This document shows positions 8,844 to 17,529 of a DNA stretch of 64,000 bases, piece after piece. The stretch comes from Minisyncoccota bacterium. GTDB lineage: Bacteria; Patescibacteriota; Minisyncoccia; Phycocordibacterales; UBA2100. The stretch spans positions 30,037 to 94,036 of the forward strand of contig DATJXE010000006.1 of NCBI GenBank assembly GCA_035500505.1, read 5' to 3'. The position numbers and the translations under genes are program-made. Positions within the stretch are counted from its first letter, which is position 1. Every line of letters begins with the position of its first letter. The notes under the pieces were generated by a model. The model was not told the origin of the DNA. It was given only the letters and a program-made list of their open reading frames with translations, and searched no databases.

Positions 8844-10289
8844 CTACTGCGCTCCCACTTTTGGTGCAAGCTTCTTCCCTAGACGTACGACGGGGGCGGA
8901 TATTTCACGTACCTCACGGGCCCGTTCCTTGATGTCGATAGGGTACCGCCCGGTAAAACACGAGGTGCACAGGCGCTCTTCCGGAACGCCGACCGCGCGG
9001 ACGAGCCCTTCGTAGGAGAGGTAATTGAGCGTCGTCGCGCCCAAAAAATCCCGGATGTCGGGCACGGACTTGGTCGCCGCGATGAGGTTCGCCTGCGCGG
9101 GAGTGTCGATGCCGTAAAAATCCGGATACAGGACGGGCGGCGAGGAAACGAGAAAATGCACCTCCTTCGCGCCCGCTTCGTAGAGCATGGCGACGATCTC
9201 GCGCGAGGTCGTGCCGCGGACGATGGAGTCGTCAAGGACGGCGACCCGCTTGCCGGCGAGAACTTCGGGGATGGGCGTCAGCTTCGCCTTCACACCTTGC
9301 TGTCGCATGTGCTGTTCCGGTTGGATGAACGTGCGGTGGATGTAGCGGTTCTTCGCGAGTCCCATTTCGAACGGGAGGCCCAAGCTCCCCGAATAGCCGA
9401 TGGCTGCGGGAATGCCGGTTTCGGGCACGGGAATGACGACGTCGACCTCAAGCGGAGATTCCTTGGCGAGCTCCATGCCGGAGCGGCGACGCACTTCATA
9501 GACCGATTGCCCCAAAAGGACACTGTCGGGCCGCGCAAAATAGACGAACTCGAACACGTCGAATTTCGGATCGGGCTCGGCAAGACACATCCCGCGCATG
9601 CCACGGGAATCGACGACGACCATTTCGCCCGGCTCGACCTCGCGCGCAAGCGTCGCGCCCAGAGGCGCGAGCGCGCAGGTTTCCGATGCGAAGACCCAGC
9701 CGCCGTTGAGGCGCGCCATCGAGAGTGGGCGCACGCCGCACCGATCGCGAAGCGCGATGAGCTTGTCGCGGGACATGATGAGGAGCGAGAACGCGCCGGT
9801 CATGAGCGGGTAGACTTCTTTGACCGCCGCGTCGACGCTCTTCCCCTCCTTCACGAGCGCGCCGACCGCCTCCGCTATCATGCGCGAGTCGGAAAAACTC
9901 GTTCCGTCGATCCCCTTTTCCTGCAAAAATCCCTCGAGCGCGGCCGTCGAGGGAAGGTTGCCGTTGTGCGCGAGCGTTATGGTGTCTTCGCCGCATTCGA
10001 CGATGACCGGCTGCGCGTGCTCGAGCTTCGAGCCGCCCGCGGTCGAATAACGATTGTGTCCCATCGCGATATGGCCCGTGAGTTTCTTGATGTCGTCTTC
10101 GGTATAGACCGAGGACACGAGCCCCATCGCCTTGTGGCACCGCACTTGCGTACCGTCAGAGACCGCGATGCCGGAACTTTCTTGTCCTCGATGCTGGAGC
10201 GCGTAGAGGCCGAAGTAGGTTAGCCGCGCGACGTCGAGGCCTTTTCCGTAGACCCCGAAGACCGCGCATTTCTCCCCGAGTTCTGCCAT
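8844..10289 (-). CDS. purF: Amidophosphoribosyltransferase
   Basis: MAELGEKCAVFGVYG gives an N-terminal Cys nucleophile (class II GATase). A PRTase domain is present, including VVVDSRGM-like and DDSIVRGTTS motifs. Confidence 0.9.
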   Translation of the reverse strand: MAELGEKCAVFGVYGKGLDVARLTYFGLYALQHRGQESSGIAVSDGTQVRCHKAMGLVSSVYTEDDIKKLTGHIAMGHNRYSTAGGSKLEHAQPVIVECGEDTITLAHNGNLPSTAALEGFLQEKGIDGTSFSDSRMIAEAVGALVKEGKSVDAAVKEVYPLMTGAFSLLIMSRDKLIALRDRCGVRPLSMARLNGGWVFASETCALAPLGATLAREVEPGEMVVVDSRGMRGMCLAEPDPKFDVFEFVYFARPDSVLLGQSVYEVRRRSGMELAKESPLEVDVVIPVPETGIPAAIGYSGSLGLPFEMGLAKNRYIHRTFIQPEQHMRQQGVKAKLTPIPEVLAGKRVAVLDDSIVRGTTSREIVAMLYEAGAKEVHFLVSSPPVLYPDFYGIDTPAQANLIAATKSVPDIRDFLGATTLNYLSYEGLVRAVGVPEERLCTSCFTGRYPIDIKERAREVREISAPVVRLGKKLAPKVGAQ

Positions 10290-10306
10290 GGTTCGATTAT
10301 AGCATC

Positions 10307-10413
10307 AGAGCCCGCCCCACCGGCATTTTTGACGACTGAGAATCTGATTGCGACGGCCGCCCTCAGGCGGCCTAGAGTCGGAAGTCGTCAAAAATGCCGG
10401 TGGGGCGGGCTCT
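10307..10413. repeat. Perfect 31-bp inverted repeat (AGAGCCCGCCCCACCGGCATTTTTGACGACT and its reverse complement) enclosing a 45-nt spacer that itself contains a GGCCGCC/GGCGGCC mini-hairpin
   Basis: Read directly: arms at 10307-10337 and 10383-10413. It lies 10 nt downstream of the DUF1003 gene stop and immediately upstream of a TATAAT box 6 nt before the purF ATG. Confidence 0.8.
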
Positions 10414-10422
10414 CGTTCAGGA

Positions 10423-10827
10423 CTACCGACCTTCAAGTATCCTGAGTATCTTCTCCAACTTATCGTCCTCGATGCGCGCAAGCCGCTTTTGCAGGTCTTC
10501 TATTTCGAGTTTGGCGCGGACGTTGGTCTCATAGTCAGCCTCGGCTTGGCGCCTGTCGCGATCGGCCTGCCTGTTCTGCGATTGCATGATGATGGGCGCG
10601 GCGTAGGCCGCCTGCGTCGAGAAGAGAAGATTCAACAGGATGAAGGGATAGACGTCCCAGTGGTAGAACCAGCCGGCGAGATTGAGCGCGACCCACAGAA
10701 CGACGAACGTGGACTGCGAGATGATGAAGCCCCAGGAACCCATGCGTTTCGCGACCGTGTCGGCGAGACGGTCGCCGAACGAGAGGCTCTCGACATGTTT
10801 TTGGTGCCAGTTCTTTTCCGTACCCAT
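10423..10827 (-). CDS. DUF1003-family membrane protein
   Basis: GSWGFIISQSTFVVLWVALN...YPFILLNLLFSTQAAYAAPIIMQSQNRQ matches the DUF1003 signature, with a C-terminal coiled coil. Confidence 0.6.
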   Translation of the reverse strand: MGTEKNWHQKHVESLSFGDRLADTVAKRMGSWGFIISQSTFVVLWVALNLAGWFYHWDVYPFILLNLLFSTQAAYAAPIIMQSQNRQADRDRRQAEADYETNVRAKLEIEDLQKRLARIEDDKLEKILRILEGR

Positions 10828-10859
10828 GATGGCTCAAGTATAGCCCACTGCGGGGCCCA

Positions 10860-12014
10860 TCACTGATATTGGATGAATATCGGCGCAGGCGTGAGCGAGA
10901 GGACCTCTGCGGGCGTCATGAGGCGATACGCGGGCGCCTGGAGGTCTGCTTTGTAGAACAATTTGAAGCCCGTGAATTGCACCGGCTCCGGCGCGATGAC
11001 CTGCTGATAGGTGTTGACCTTCTTGGCCGGGAATCCCCAACCGTCCATGTCCATCACGACCTGCACTTCGGGGAGCGGCGTTATCTTTTTGTAGTTCGTC
11101 ACCATGTCTTCGGTGAAGCGGTGCACGATGAGTATCTTCGGCGGCAGATCGTTCGCGTCTACGATGCTTGCCATGTAATTCGCGACCCAGTTGATGTCGC
11201 TCGCATCATACGTGCCTATTTCCCTTCCCGGCGGCGTACCGTCTTTCATCGAAAATTCCGGATCGATGGCAAGTTCCACGTTCGGCAGTTCCAAATATTG
11301 TTTGAAAAGCGGTATCTCGGTCTGGACGTTGGAAAGCCCGACCTGTATGTCGAATATAACGAGGCCGTGTATCTGGTTTGCCATGTCTATCGCTTTCTGT
11401 ATCTGACTATCAGGCATGCGCGCGCGATACATGCCGTCGCTTCCGGCGGAACCTTGCGCCGTCACAGCAATGTAATCGATGGCGGGGATGACCGGCGTCG
11501 AAGGATCGGCCGCTTCCCATTGCCTGGTGGTCGAGGCGAGCATCGAGAGCACCTGGTCTTGCGGATATTCTCCGAGCACTCCCATTGCGGTCGAATAGAA
11601 GTTGCCATAGTAGGCGACGATGCGGTTGAACGGCAGGATTGCTCCCGCGTTGGGATATGTCCGGTGCACCGGCCAGAGGGGCTTCGGGGCCGAGGTCGTC
11701 GCAACATTGCCCTGCGCGTCGATGGGGGTCGTGGTGCCGGCTAGGAAGGCGTTGTACCAGGGGCTCGATGTGGCGACGTGCGCGAGCGCAAGCAGCTTTT
11801 CGTTGTAGAGTCCCTTATTGAGCGGCGGGGGTGGCGGATCGGAAGGCGTCGAGGTCGCGTCGCCGCGATCGTATGCAAGCGGCGCGCCCAAGAGCGAGAC
11901 CGAGTACACGTTGCCGATGGAGAGGAAGAGAATGGCCAGCGCACAAGCGAACACGCCGCCTAAAATCGCGAGCCACCAGCGCATGTTGCCCCTGCCATCC
12001 GATCTCCGAGCCAT
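10860..12014 (-). CDS. Hypothetical membrane-anchored protein (possible TIM-barrel glycosidase-like fold, uncertain)
   Basis: 384 aa with an N-terminal TM anchor. No confidently recognised motif. Confidence 0.45.
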   Translation of the reverse strand: MARRSDGRGNMRWWLAILGGVFACALAILFLSIGNVYSVSLLGAPLAYDRGDATSTPSDPPPPPLNKGLYNEKLLALAHVATSSPWYNAFLAGTTTPIDAQGNVATTSAPKPLWPVHRTYPNAGAILPFNRIVAYYGNFYSTAMGVLGEYPQDQVLSMLASTTRQWEAADPSTPVIPAIDYIAVTAQGSAGSDGMYRARMPDSQIQKAIDMANQIHGLVIFDIQVGLSNVQTEIPLFKQYLELPNVELAIDPEFSMKDGTPPGREIGTYDASDINWVANYMASIVDANDLPPKILIVHRFTEDMVTNYKKITPLPEVQVVMDMDGWGFPAKKVNTYQQVIAPEPVQFTGFKLFYKADLQAPAYRLMTPAEVLSLTPAPIFIQYQ

Positions 12015-12041
12015 ATGGATACCGCAAGTTTATCACGATGC

Positions 12042-12602
12042 TCACAGAACGAAGGGTATGAGCATGTTCGTCCGCTTCATGTACCCCGGGTATTGATCCG
12101 GAAATTCTTTGAGCATGATCTTCTCCTCGGTTTTTGCGCTGTAGATGAAATATATCGAGAATAAAACGAGCGGGACGAACCACCACACGCTCACGAGCGC
12201 GGAGCCGAGCGCAGCGAGCATGAAGCCCGAGTAGATGGGATGTCGGACATAGGCATACGGGCCGGTCGTCACGAGCTCCGCCTCTTGCTTGAGCGACATG
12301 GGCATTCCCCAATTGCGCCCGAGATACACGCGCGCCCAGATCGCGAGGGCCATGCCGAGCACGCACAGAACGACGCCGAGCCACTGCACGGGGGGCGTCG
12401 CGATGCTCTGTTGCGCGCCGACAAATATGGCCTGCACCGTTTTCGAACTGAAGAAGACGGACACGATGACGACGATGACCAGTCGCATGAACAAGGAGTT
12501 CATGTTGCGGCGCGCGTAGCGCTTCGTGTTGATGGCCGAGACGAGCCAGACGACAAGAAAAACGACCCAGCAGAGCAGGATGAGATAGGCCTGCGTGTTC
12601 AT
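12042..12602 (-). CDS. Isoprenylcysteine carboxyl methyltransferase / phospholipid methyltransferase (ICMT/PEMT) family membrane protein
   Basis: It is polytopic and carries TTGPYAYVRHPIYSGFMLAALG, which fits the RHPxY-hyd-G motif of ICMT/PEMT enzymes. Confidence 0.65.
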   Translation of the reverse strand: MNTQAYLILLCWVVFLVVWLVSAINTKRYARRNMNSLFMRLVIVVIVSVFFSSKTVQAIFVGAQQSIATPPVQWLGVVLCVLGMALAIWARVYLGRNWGMPMSLKQEAELVTTGPYAYVRHPIYSGFMLAALGSALVSVWWFVPLVLFSIYFIYSAKTEEKIMLKEFPDQYPGYMKRTNMLIPFVL

Positions 12603-12606
12603 GCGA

Positions 12607-14046
12607 TCAATACGCGGTCGTTGCGACCGTGCTCACCGAAAATGTCGCCGACGCGCTCGAAAGCTGCGTCAAGGTGATGCTGTAGTTGCCGGAGGTGTAG
12701 CTCTGACCCACCGAGAGCGTCTGCGGCGGGGTCGGGAACACCGCTATCATGCAGCGGACCTGCGGCGGCGGGTCCGAAGGGAACGAGTTCCAGCAGCCGA
12801 CCGGCGTCGGCTGGATGGTCGCCGAAGACGAAGAAATGCTTTGCAGGGTGAAGTAGAAACTCAAGTTGCGCACCTCCGCGATGCCGCCCTGCGTGAGCGT
12901 CACGCTGCCGGGCGCGTTGAGCTGCTGGATGTTCGAAGTGGTAGTGCCGCCGCCGGCAGTTACGGTGACGGTCGCGGTGCCGAGAATGGGAATGTTCGGA
13001 CAATTGCAAATGCCGCCCGCGGGGCACGCACACGGCGCTCCGGTGAGCGTTGCCGTGTAGGTACCGGCGGAGACATACACGTGTGTTACGGTGCCAAGCT
13101 CGTTGCAGCTCGAACACACGGGAGCGACGAGAAGGTTGGCGCTCGTGCCGTCGCCAAAGCTTACCGTTGATCCGATGTTGGAGCCTTGAGGCGCCGTCGA
13201 GGTGAATTGCACCGAGAGCGGCGCACTACCCGATGTCGGCGATGCGGAGAAGCTCACGCTCGACACGGAAGACGATCCGACCGTGATGACGGCCGAAGCG
13301 ACCGGCAGCGGACCGACGAAGCACTCGGCTCCGGGCGGACACGTGTTCTTCATCAGGCGCGCGGTGTATGTGCCGTTCGTGGTGTATGTGTGCGAAACGG
13401 TGTAGGAGCAGCGGATGCCTCCCTGTCCGCCCACAATGGCGGTGATGCCGACGCAGCTACCCTTGGCCATGTCGCCCGTTTGCCCGTCGCCGAAATCAAC
13501 GGAATAGGTCGTTGAGCTCGCGGTGATGGAATCGCCCGTGGTGAACGTGACCGAAAGCGGCGCGGGACCCGACTGCGGGTCGGCGGAGAACGATTGCCCC
13601 TGGGTAGCGCCGCCGCACCATCGTATGAGGAAGGAGCGCGACAGAGGCCCGAAGATGCCGAAGCCCGCGTTGCCGGACGCGGCGACGCCGTTTTGCGCTT
13701 GCCACTTCCCTACCGCAGCAGCCGTAAGCGGCCCGTAATATCCGGTCGCCGAAACGTTCAGGTATCCCTGAGAGGAGAGAAATTGCTGAAGCGAGGTGAC
13801 GTCGCTCCCCGTCGCGCCTACCGAAAGCGAACGCGCGAAGGAGGGACAGATGCGGGGCGCGCCCACAGTTACCGAAGAGCCGACGCTGCCGGAGACCGAT
13901 GTCGATGCGCCGCCCTGCAGCGCTTGTATCTGGGAGAGGAGTGCCGATATCTGCGCCTGCAGATCGCTTATGGTTAGAGCCGAAGAAACGAGCGGCATCG
14001 CGAAGAGCGCCATGCCAACCCCCGCAAACAATGCTTTTCTGAACAT
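12607..14046 (-). CDS. Secreted protein with a peptidoglycan-binding (PG_binding_1-like) domain and PKD/Ig-like repeats
   Basis: Signal peptide MFRKALFAGVGMALFAMPLVSSA, the motif GATGSDVTSLQQFLSSQGYL...YYGPLTAAAVGKWQAQNG, and repeated PLSVxFT beta-rich modules. Confidence 0.55.
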   Translation of the reverse strand: MFRKALFAGVGMALFAMPLVSSALTISDLQAQISALLSQIQALQGGASTSVSGSVGSSVTVGAPRICPSFARSLSVGATGSDVTSLQQFLSSQGYLNVSATGYYGPLTAAAVGKWQAQNGVAASGNAGFGIFGPLSRSFLIRWCGGATQGQSFSADPQSGPAPLSVTFTTGDSITASSTTYSVDFGDGQTGDMAKGSCVGITAIVGGQGGIRCSYTVSHTYTTNGTYTARLMKNTCPPGAECFVGPLPVASAVITVGSSSVSSVSFSASPTSGSAPLSVQFTSTAPQGSNIGSTVSFGDGTSANLLVAPVCSSCNELGTVTHVYVSAGTYTATLTGAPCACPAGGICNCPNIPILGTATVTVTAGGGTTTSNIQQLNAPGSVTLTQGGIAEVRNLSFYFTLQSISSSSATIQPTPVGCWNSFPSDPPPQVRCMIAVFPTPPQTLSVGQSYTSGNYSITLTQLSSASATFSVSTVATTAY

Positions 14047-14134
14047 ACTTCGATATGGTGAGCTTTTATAAGATAATAGACATAGTATCGCACGAAATAT
14101 TACACGCGAGCGGGCGAACGGGGTTCGGATCGCC

Positions 14135-14719
14135 CTATCTCTGCCGGCGTCTGGTAACGAGCAACCCTATCGCAACATACAGGCCGACAAAATACGCGGG
14201 GTATGCGACGTTCCCGAAATCGAACGACGTGTTCGCGGCGATGCCGAGCGCCGCCGCGAGCGCCAGCGCGAAGAAGGTCAACGCGTTTTCCGACGCCGGA
14301 CGGGCATAGGATTTCCCAATGGTCGGAACCGCGGCCAAAAAGTCGGCTGCAATGACGAGCACGAGCGCGACAAGCGGGTCGTCGGTGAGGGCCCACGAAA
14401 GGATGGCGGCGATGGCGAGCATCATGCACAGAGTGTCGAGCGTCGAATACTTTTTGATGCCGAAACGCAGGGAAAGGAGGGTTATGAGTGCGGTTGCTAC
14501 CGCGTTCGCGACTACGACCGCAAGCGACCATGACGCGCCCGCTGCGTATTGGGCAAGCGCACCGATGCCGCTGGTCAACGACCAGAGGAACCAGGTCACG
14601 AAATCCGGGCGCGCCTTACCCCGTAGTGCCATGAGCGCGTACGGGAACACTGCCGCCAGTGTTATCAGGACCGAAAGCGCGGCAAGTGCCGCGTGCCAAT
14701 TTGCGATGAACTGGTCCAT
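14135..14719 (-). CDS. Hypothetical polytopic membrane protein
   Basis: 194 aa, mostly hydrophobic helices. Confidence 0.45.
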   Translation of the reverse strand: MDQFIANWHAALAALSVLITLAAVFPYALMALRGKARPDFVTWFLWSLTSGIGALAQYAAGASWSLAVVVANAVATALITLLSLRFGIKKYSTLDTLCMMLAIAAILSWALTDDPLVALVLVIAADFLAAVPTIGKSYARPASENALTFFALALAAALGIAANTSFDFGNVAYPAYFVGLYVAIGLLVTRRRQR

Positions 14720-14728
14720 GGCGGCGCG

Positions 14729-14932
14729 TTACAAAAATCCCGCTTGCAGGGCGAGCCAGCCGATGAAGAGTACGAGCAAAAGGTAGTAGAGCGCCCACCC
14801 TTTCGCGGGCGGAAAGACACGCGACACGAGCCGGAAATGCTTCAGGTACCACTTCTGCCCGAACATTGCGACGAGGTTCGCGGCAATGCTATCGATGCAC
14901 AGAAGATAAAAAATGACGGCTACGATGGTCAT
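14729..14932 (-). CDS. Small membrane protein (hypothetical)
   Basis: 67 aa with two hydrophobic helices, tightly packed between neighbouring genes. Confidence 0.35.
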   Translation of the reverse strand: MTIVAVIFYLLCIDSIAANLVAMFGQKWYLKHFRLVSRVFPPAKGWALYYLLLVLFIGWLALQAGFL

Positions 14933-14935
14933 ACA

Positions 14936-15445
14936 TCAGTCGGAAAACGCGGATGGCACGTGAGCGACGATCGTGTCTCCGAGCAAGCTCAAAAATTCTT
15001 CGCGGCGCGCCTCCATGTCCGTCTCCATGATGTGGGAGATGGGGTAGCACTCCGGCGTGTATTCGTAGTGGGCCCGGACTTCTCTGTCTTCGAAGACGCG
15101 CACGTGATACTGGTACGCGAAACCGTCCGTGTAGCGCAGGCTCACTACTTCCCCGTCGTCCTTCCACGCGACGAAGTGGTTGCCATACCCCTTTCCGAGA
15201 AGGTGCGAAATGAATTCCGGAATGGAGAGGTGCGGCGCGATCGTTCCTATCAAAAAATCCTGTCTGCCCTCGTGGCGGACGACGCGCAGCCGAAGCGCCG
15301 TGTCCCGCACGAGGGGGTGGTATGGCGTGTAGAACGTCCAAAAGAGATACTTCACGCGGTCCCAGAGTTGCTCTGGATACACCATCGCTGAAGCGGGCAG
15401 GCTGTCGTACCAATCCCGGGCTTGAAGTTCGGTTCCTGCCTGCAT
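14936..15445 (-). CDS. Hypothetical protein
   Basis: A 169-aa ORF with coding-like composition and no recognised motif. Confidence 0.4.
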   Translation of the reverse strand: MQAGTELQARDWYDSLPASAMVYPEQLWDRVKYLFWTFYTPYHPLVRDTALRLRVVRHEGRQDFLIGTIAPHLSIPEFISHLLGKGYGNHFVAWKDDGEVVSLRYTDGFAYQYHVRVFEDREVRAHYEYTPECYPISHIMETDMEARREEFLSLLGDTIVAHVPSAFSD

Positions 15446-15555
15446 AGAAAACCTCTCTATTGTACCCGTTTCAGGAGATGAAAAAGGGAGATGTCCACAA
15501 CCGGTCGTTTTACCGCCACTCCTTCACGATAGCGAGCTTCGCCCCACGACAGCGC

Positions 15556-16068
15556 CTATTGCACGACGAGGGCGCCGTTCTCGACCTTGAGGTACTTTGA
15601 TACGCCGACGCTCGGCTGCGCGGTCATCGGCTCACCAGGCTTGCGGTCCGCGTAATTTACAATGACTTCCCCGCCCTTGATCTCGGTCGTCTGTGGCGCG
15701 ATGCGATCCCCGAGAAGCACGGCGTTCGTCCCGGTATACGTTCCGGCGGAACTCCGAAGAGCGGCGACGACGTAATAGAACGTTCCGCTTCCCCCGCTGT
15801 TTTGCGTGAGGATGAACGCGACGTCGGGCAGGCCGTCGCCGTTCAGATCCCCCGTCGCGTCATTGCCGAAATAATCCGTCAGCACCTTTGAAGCCGAGCC
15901 GGGAGCGGCGGGTACTTCGGAATGCCCGTTCACGAGCGTCACCGGTTGCCCCTCAATGACGTACGTCGCGTTTTTGTAGTCCGCAGGAGTCACATGTCCG
16001 CGCATCAAAAACCACGCCCCGCCGACAACAACAACGAGAAGCGCCAGAACAATGACGACTGTTTTCAC
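15556..16068 (-). CDS. Hypothetical membrane-anchored protein
   Basis: MKTVVIVLALLVVVVGGAWFLM anchor followed by a Gly/Thr-rich domain. Confidence 0.45.
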   Translation of the reverse strand: MKTVVIVLALLVVVVGGAWFLMRGHVTPADYKNATYVIEGQPVTLVNGHSEVPAAPGSASKVLTDYFGNDATGDLNGDGLPDVAFILTQNSGGSGTFYYVVAALRSSAGTYTGTNAVLLGDRIAPQTTEIKGGEVIVNYADRKPGEPMTAQPSVGVSKYLKVENGALVVQ

Positions 16069-16122
16069 ATGCGGAGTATACCACCGAACGAACAGCCACG
16101 CGCCGAGTGGAGGCTGCGCGCG

Positions 16123-16575
16123 CTAGCTCTTTTTGGCCCTGGGGGTAACGGTTTTATTGCCATCAGAGGTCACTACGATCTTCCCTTCGGGTGCGGTCCA
16201 ATCGGTAAAGCGCCACCACGTAGGCGTGAACATGAACATGACCGCGTTCGGGTCGTGGAGCTTACCTTGTTTTTTCGGAAACTTTGCCAAATAAACCATT
16301 TTCAGCTTCTCGTCCGCAAGAAGCTGCGCGGTACCGTCAAGCTGGAGAGTCTTCATCTCGCTTTCGTTCGACCCAACGACCATGGAGGCGCGGGAAATTT
16401 CTCTACCAACGAGCGCCTCGGTTTTTCGATACCCCTTTTCCGTTTCAAATATGAACACGAGTTCGTCCGTGTTCGCAAAATGTACGGTCGCGGCGTGGGG
16501 AGAACCGTCCAGCATTTCTATGGCAAAGACGCCCACTCGTTGTCCTTTCAGATATTCAAGAATCTCTGGGGTCAT
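16123..16575 (-). CDS. Pyridoxamine 5'-phosphate oxidase-like FMN-binding family protein
   Basis: 150 aa. The pattern GQRVGVFAIEMLDGSPHAATVHFA...ELVFIF is typical of the PNPOx-like split barrel. Confidence 0.5.
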   Translation of the reverse strand: MTPEILEYLKGQRVGVFAIEMLDGSPHAATVHFANTDELVFIFETEKGYRKTEALVGREISRASMVVGSNESEMKTLQLDGTAQLLADEKLKMVYLAKFPKKQGKLHDPNAVMFMFTPTWWRFTDWTAPEGKIVVTSDGNKTVTPRAKKS

Positions 16576-16650
16576 GCCGTAATACTACCCTACTGACGGA
16601 GCTTGGTACGACATTGGAATCTTTTTGTAATGAGGGAATGAGCTGATCAG

Positions 16651-16962
16651 TCAGACTTTTCGGCGAGATTTGGATCGTTTCTTGAGAACCCAGCGCACCG
16701 AGCGACTTATCGATTTGTCGGTGCGGTGGATGCAACCGATCCAACAACAGGGCCGGCGCATTCCTTCGATGAGCTCTGATACCACTCTCCTCACATGATC
16801 CTTTCGCGTCTCTGCCGTTTTGACCGAAATGGTCCAGCAGATCCATTCGTTGCGCGCAAGAGGAGTGATGTCCTCCCACGCCGCACGCGCTTTTGGCGAG
16901 GCGACGAGCGCCTTCTTCAAGTCTGCAGGCAAGGTATGCGCGGTTCCCGAAGATAGTTTCAT
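16651..16962 (-). CDS. YdeI/OmpD-associated family protein
   Basis: ARNEWICWTISVKTAETRKDHVRRVVSELIEGMRRPCCW matches the family signature. Confidence 0.55.
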   Translation of the reverse strand: MKLSSGTAHTLPADLKKALVASPKARAAWEDITPLARNEWICWTISVKTAETRKDHVRRVVSELIEGMRRPCCWIGCIHRTDKSISRSVRWVLKKRSKSRRKV

Positions 16963-17023
16963 CTACTCTATTGTAACAAATCCTCCTTTTTTAACTGGGG
17001 TCTGGGACGACGTTGGAACCTTT

Positions 17024-17368
17024 TTAGACAAGAAAGTGGCTGTAGAGAGTAATTGCTAAGGCGCAGACTACAAAAGCTGTCGAGCCGATTGCCCAGAAAG
17101 AATTCGGCAAGTTCCGCAAAGGACTTGGCGCATAGTAACCTAACCACGTCGCATCGTAATTTATTTCAGGATGTATTTGCTTTCGTAAAGTGAATTCCCA
17201 CGTGCTCAAAATGCAGCACCTAAAGACTGCGTATGATGCCGCGGTAACAACCAAAACTGCAAAATAAATTTGCCACCAACTTGGTATGAGCCACCCAAAC
17301 AAAATAAAAAGCAGTATTGCTACGTGAAAAAATAATATTACTTCAGCGAGAATTCTTTTGCTGGTCAT
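17024..17368 (-). CDS. Small polytopic membrane protein (DUF2784-like?), low-GC gene
   Basis: The ORF is trimmed to the ATG at 17368 (MTSKRILAEV...) because the longer ORF overlaps the tRNA. Local GC is about 42% against about 60% in the surroundings. Confidence 0.45.
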   Translation of the reverse strand: MTSKRILAEVILFFHVAILLFILFGWLIPSWWQIYFAVLVVTAASYAVFRCCILSTWEFTLRKQIHPEINYDATWLGYYAPSPLRNLPNSFWAIGSTAFVVCALAITLYSHFLV

Positions 17369-17380
17369 GAATTTCGTTAA

Positions 17381-17451
17381 CTGGGGGACATGGACTCGAA
17401 CCATGATTCACAGCTCCAAAGGCTGCTGTCCTACCATTAGACGATCCCCCA
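17381..17451 (-). tRNA. tRNA-Gln (anticodon TTG)
   Basis: The reverse complement reads TGGGGGATCGTCTAATGGTAGGACAGCAGCCTTTGGAGCTGTGAATCATGGTTCGAGTCCATGTCCCCCAG. It has a 7-bp acceptor stem with a U1-A72 pair, the GGTTCGAGTCC T-arm, and a CTTTGGA anticodon loop. CCA is not encoded. Confidence 0.85.
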
Positions 17452-17529
17452 AACACGACTGATAGTAACAAAAAAACGGCTCGTTGGAACGCGCTGGCCA
17501 CTGAATCTTGTTTCGGGTAAAATCGACCG

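Noticed and set aside
10348-10866. Plus-strand ORF 10348..10866 and many other long antisense ORFs (for example 7695..8540 +, 8137..9015 +, 9156..10223 +, 17437..19887 -)
   Set aside because: They are antisense to genes with clear homology, show Arg/Gly/Ala-rich low-complexity translation typical of high-GC antisense frames, and lack recognisable motifs.
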